A stretch of DNA of 64,000 nucleotides from NCBI GenBank assembly GCA_000934665.2, contig KZ538409.1, forward strand, positions 1 to 64,000, given 5' to 3'. Shown here piece by piece: positions 63,101-64,000 of the stretch (its first letter is position 1; each line of letters opens with the position of its first letter). The notes beneath the pieces were generated by a model that saw only the letters and a program-made list of their open reading frames with translations, made no database searches and was not told where the DNA came from. The position numbers and the translations under genes were made by a program. This DNA is from Catajapyx aquilonaris (lineage: Eukaryota).

Positions 63101-63242
63101 ATGGAATCCTGTCACAGATGAACATGAGCTTGACTTGATCAGGCCTAATGGTGATGGGGGAAGTAGTTTGGCAAGGCGACGGAGGAGTGCCAGAGGTGCA
63201 GGAAGAAGTGGAGATGCAGAATCTCAAGAGGTGATGCTGTGA
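43773..63242 (+). CDS. Anoctamin/TMEM16 family Ca2+-activated chloride channel or scramblase, 971 aa; exons 43773-44060, 44427-44678, 50130-50287, 51847-52018, 52113-52345, 53561-53721, 54227-54459, 54519-54689, 57028-57231, 57312-57409, 58363-58511, 58587-58792, 60802-60980, 62226-62331, 62937-63242
   Basis: All introns GT-AG and phase-consistent (2916 nt total); motifs [114 protein letters not shown]. Confidence 0.95.
46528..46652. repeat. Imperfect palindrome / small MITE
   Basis: gattgcacc...gaaattaccgat mirrored by atcggtaatttc...ggtgcaatc. Confidence 0.6.
46689..47080. mobile_element. Foldback MITE with ~140-bp TIRs (PIF/Harbinger-like by its TTA/TAA context)
   Basis: ttaagggtgggat...atcccacccttaa; arms give the identical peptide [12 protein letters not shown] on both strands. 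Confidence 0.75.
50922..51537 (+). mobile_element. pogo/Tigger deletion derivative
   Basis: TA|cagtaaaacccct ... aggggttttactg|TA; repeated gttggaca motifs; internal [14 protein letters not shown] resembles the pogo C-terminal QxxLxxFF motif. Confidence 0.8.
52481..53164. mobile_element. Mariner-type foldback MITE
   Basis: tacgagggctagtcagaaagtaagtttcg / cgaaacttatttttatgactggccctcata. Confidence 0.7.
53172..53502. mobile_element. pogo/Tigger-like MITE
   Basis: cagttagtcccccggtttacgaaca / tgttcgtagaccggggaattcctg. Confidence 0.55.
54809..54990 (+). mobile_element. Second tRNA-derived SINE family copy
   Basis: A-box-like tggtctggtgg and B-box-like ggggttcaaatc; inverted homolog at 56666-56855. 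Confidence 0.65.
56666..56855 (-). mobile_element. Second tRNA-derived SINE family copy
   Basis: Reverse complement of 54809-54990; B-box gggttcaaatccc. Confidence 0.65.
59068..59228 (-). mobile_element. tRNA-derived SINE with a V-domain-like central region
   Basis: Minus strand ggcgacacggtggccgagtga...gagttcgatccccggg...gttctctccgtgttcgcgtgggttttctcggggttctcccgtttcctcccac. Confidence 0.6.
59410..59621. repeat. Near-perfect ~210-bp palindrome (MITE core)
   Basis: Centred on ccaacatggccgccggcggccatgttgg; homolog at 40670-40835. Confidence 0.8.
59718..60156 (+). mobile_element. Full-length tRNA-derived SINE with (TAAA)n tail
   Basis: 14-bp TSD atattctatgcacc (59704-59717, 60157-60170); A box tggtgtagtgg, B box gggttcgagtccc; anticodon-like gactgctaatc (Ser-GCT-like). 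Confidence 0.85.
61018..61506 (+). mobile_element. Possible Helitron-like element with a ~180-bp tandem duplication
   Basis: Units at ~61106-61235 and ~61286-61415; subterminal inverted repeat gtggccagctttcc / ggaaagcaggccac; ends ctag|t. Confidence 0.45.
62360..62707. mobile_element. pogo/Tigger-like MITE
   Basis: agtccctgacttacgt / acgtaagtcagggact. Confidence 0.55.
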
Positions 63243-64000
63243 CATTGTCCTAGCCATCTTTTAAATGCTGGGTGTTGAGGGCTAATTTCTCATATCTGTG
63301 GCAAGCTTTTGGCAGATTTCAGAAAGAATTCATACATTTTTACAATAGCAGACATCACAGGAAATGCTACAAAACCCACTGCCAATCAGAGAAAATTAGA
63401 GTAGCCTAGTGTGCCACAAACGTGACAAGCTTAGTAACTCATTGAATCTGCAGGAGAATGAGAGGATTTATCATGAACTTTGGAAATTTAGAAATCTCAT
63501 TGGAAAACTGTGGTGGAATGCATTAGTAGTGGGGGCTCTTAGGGTCCAAATTCGACCAGATGGGGACAGGTTGGACAAAAGCACCATATTTTTTCCATGG
63601 TATCTGTATTGCTTACGCTTTAGATTTTTGGTAGGATCCACGTGATCAAGACAATGGATCATGAGTTATGAGTCATAATCCATGTGACCGTGTCAGCCGG
63701 TGGATACTTCTTCAATTGTTGATACTACCGCATTAAAAATAACATTAAATAGTTCCCCGCAGACTACTCATGTTATTTAAGTGTTATTTAAGTGTTACGG
63801 TACTTAAATAAGCTGCACAATAGGGGGTCGATCAGGTGTATGATCAGTGTGCATGAATGTAATGGTAATTGTATGGGGCATTCTGCGTCAATGGGGCTAC
63901 CCGTTATTGCCATGACCTTTTCCGGTTTTGGTCATATTGAAGTATATTGTAGTACCAACAGACAGGTTTGCGTAACCGAGTTTGTTTCTCGGTACGACGA

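Overview
Eukaryotic, almost certainly arthropod, genomic DNA: spliceosomal introns, TTAGG repeats, a tramtrack-type BTB domain, and many MITEs and SINEs. (1) 3.0-17.8 kb, + strand: an array of at least seven alternative 3'-terminal cassettes, each entered through a phase-1 AG acceptor and ending in its own stop codon, as in the mod(mdg4)/lola variable regions. Five encode pipsqueak/CENP-B-type helix-turn-helix domains. Two are duplicated two-exon cassettes encoding an unrecognised ~110-aa domain. The shared 5' exons are not in the window. (2) 20.9-26.5 kb, - strand: a tramtrack-group BTB gene with no C-terminal DNA-binding domain. An upstream TTF/hAT-type zinc-finger exon can splice to it in frame, giving an inverted ZnF-BTB protein of ~399 aa. 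(3) ~27.7-33.3 kb, - strand: a frameshifted, TE-disrupted Munc13-4/BAIAP3-like remnant. (4) 43.8-63.2 kb, + strand: a complete 15-coding-exon anoctamin/TMEM16 gene (971 aa). Introns and intergenic DNA hold nested DNA-transposon MITEs, foldback palindromes, a Helitron-like element and tRNA-derived SINEs. All calls were made by eye; no database searches were run.
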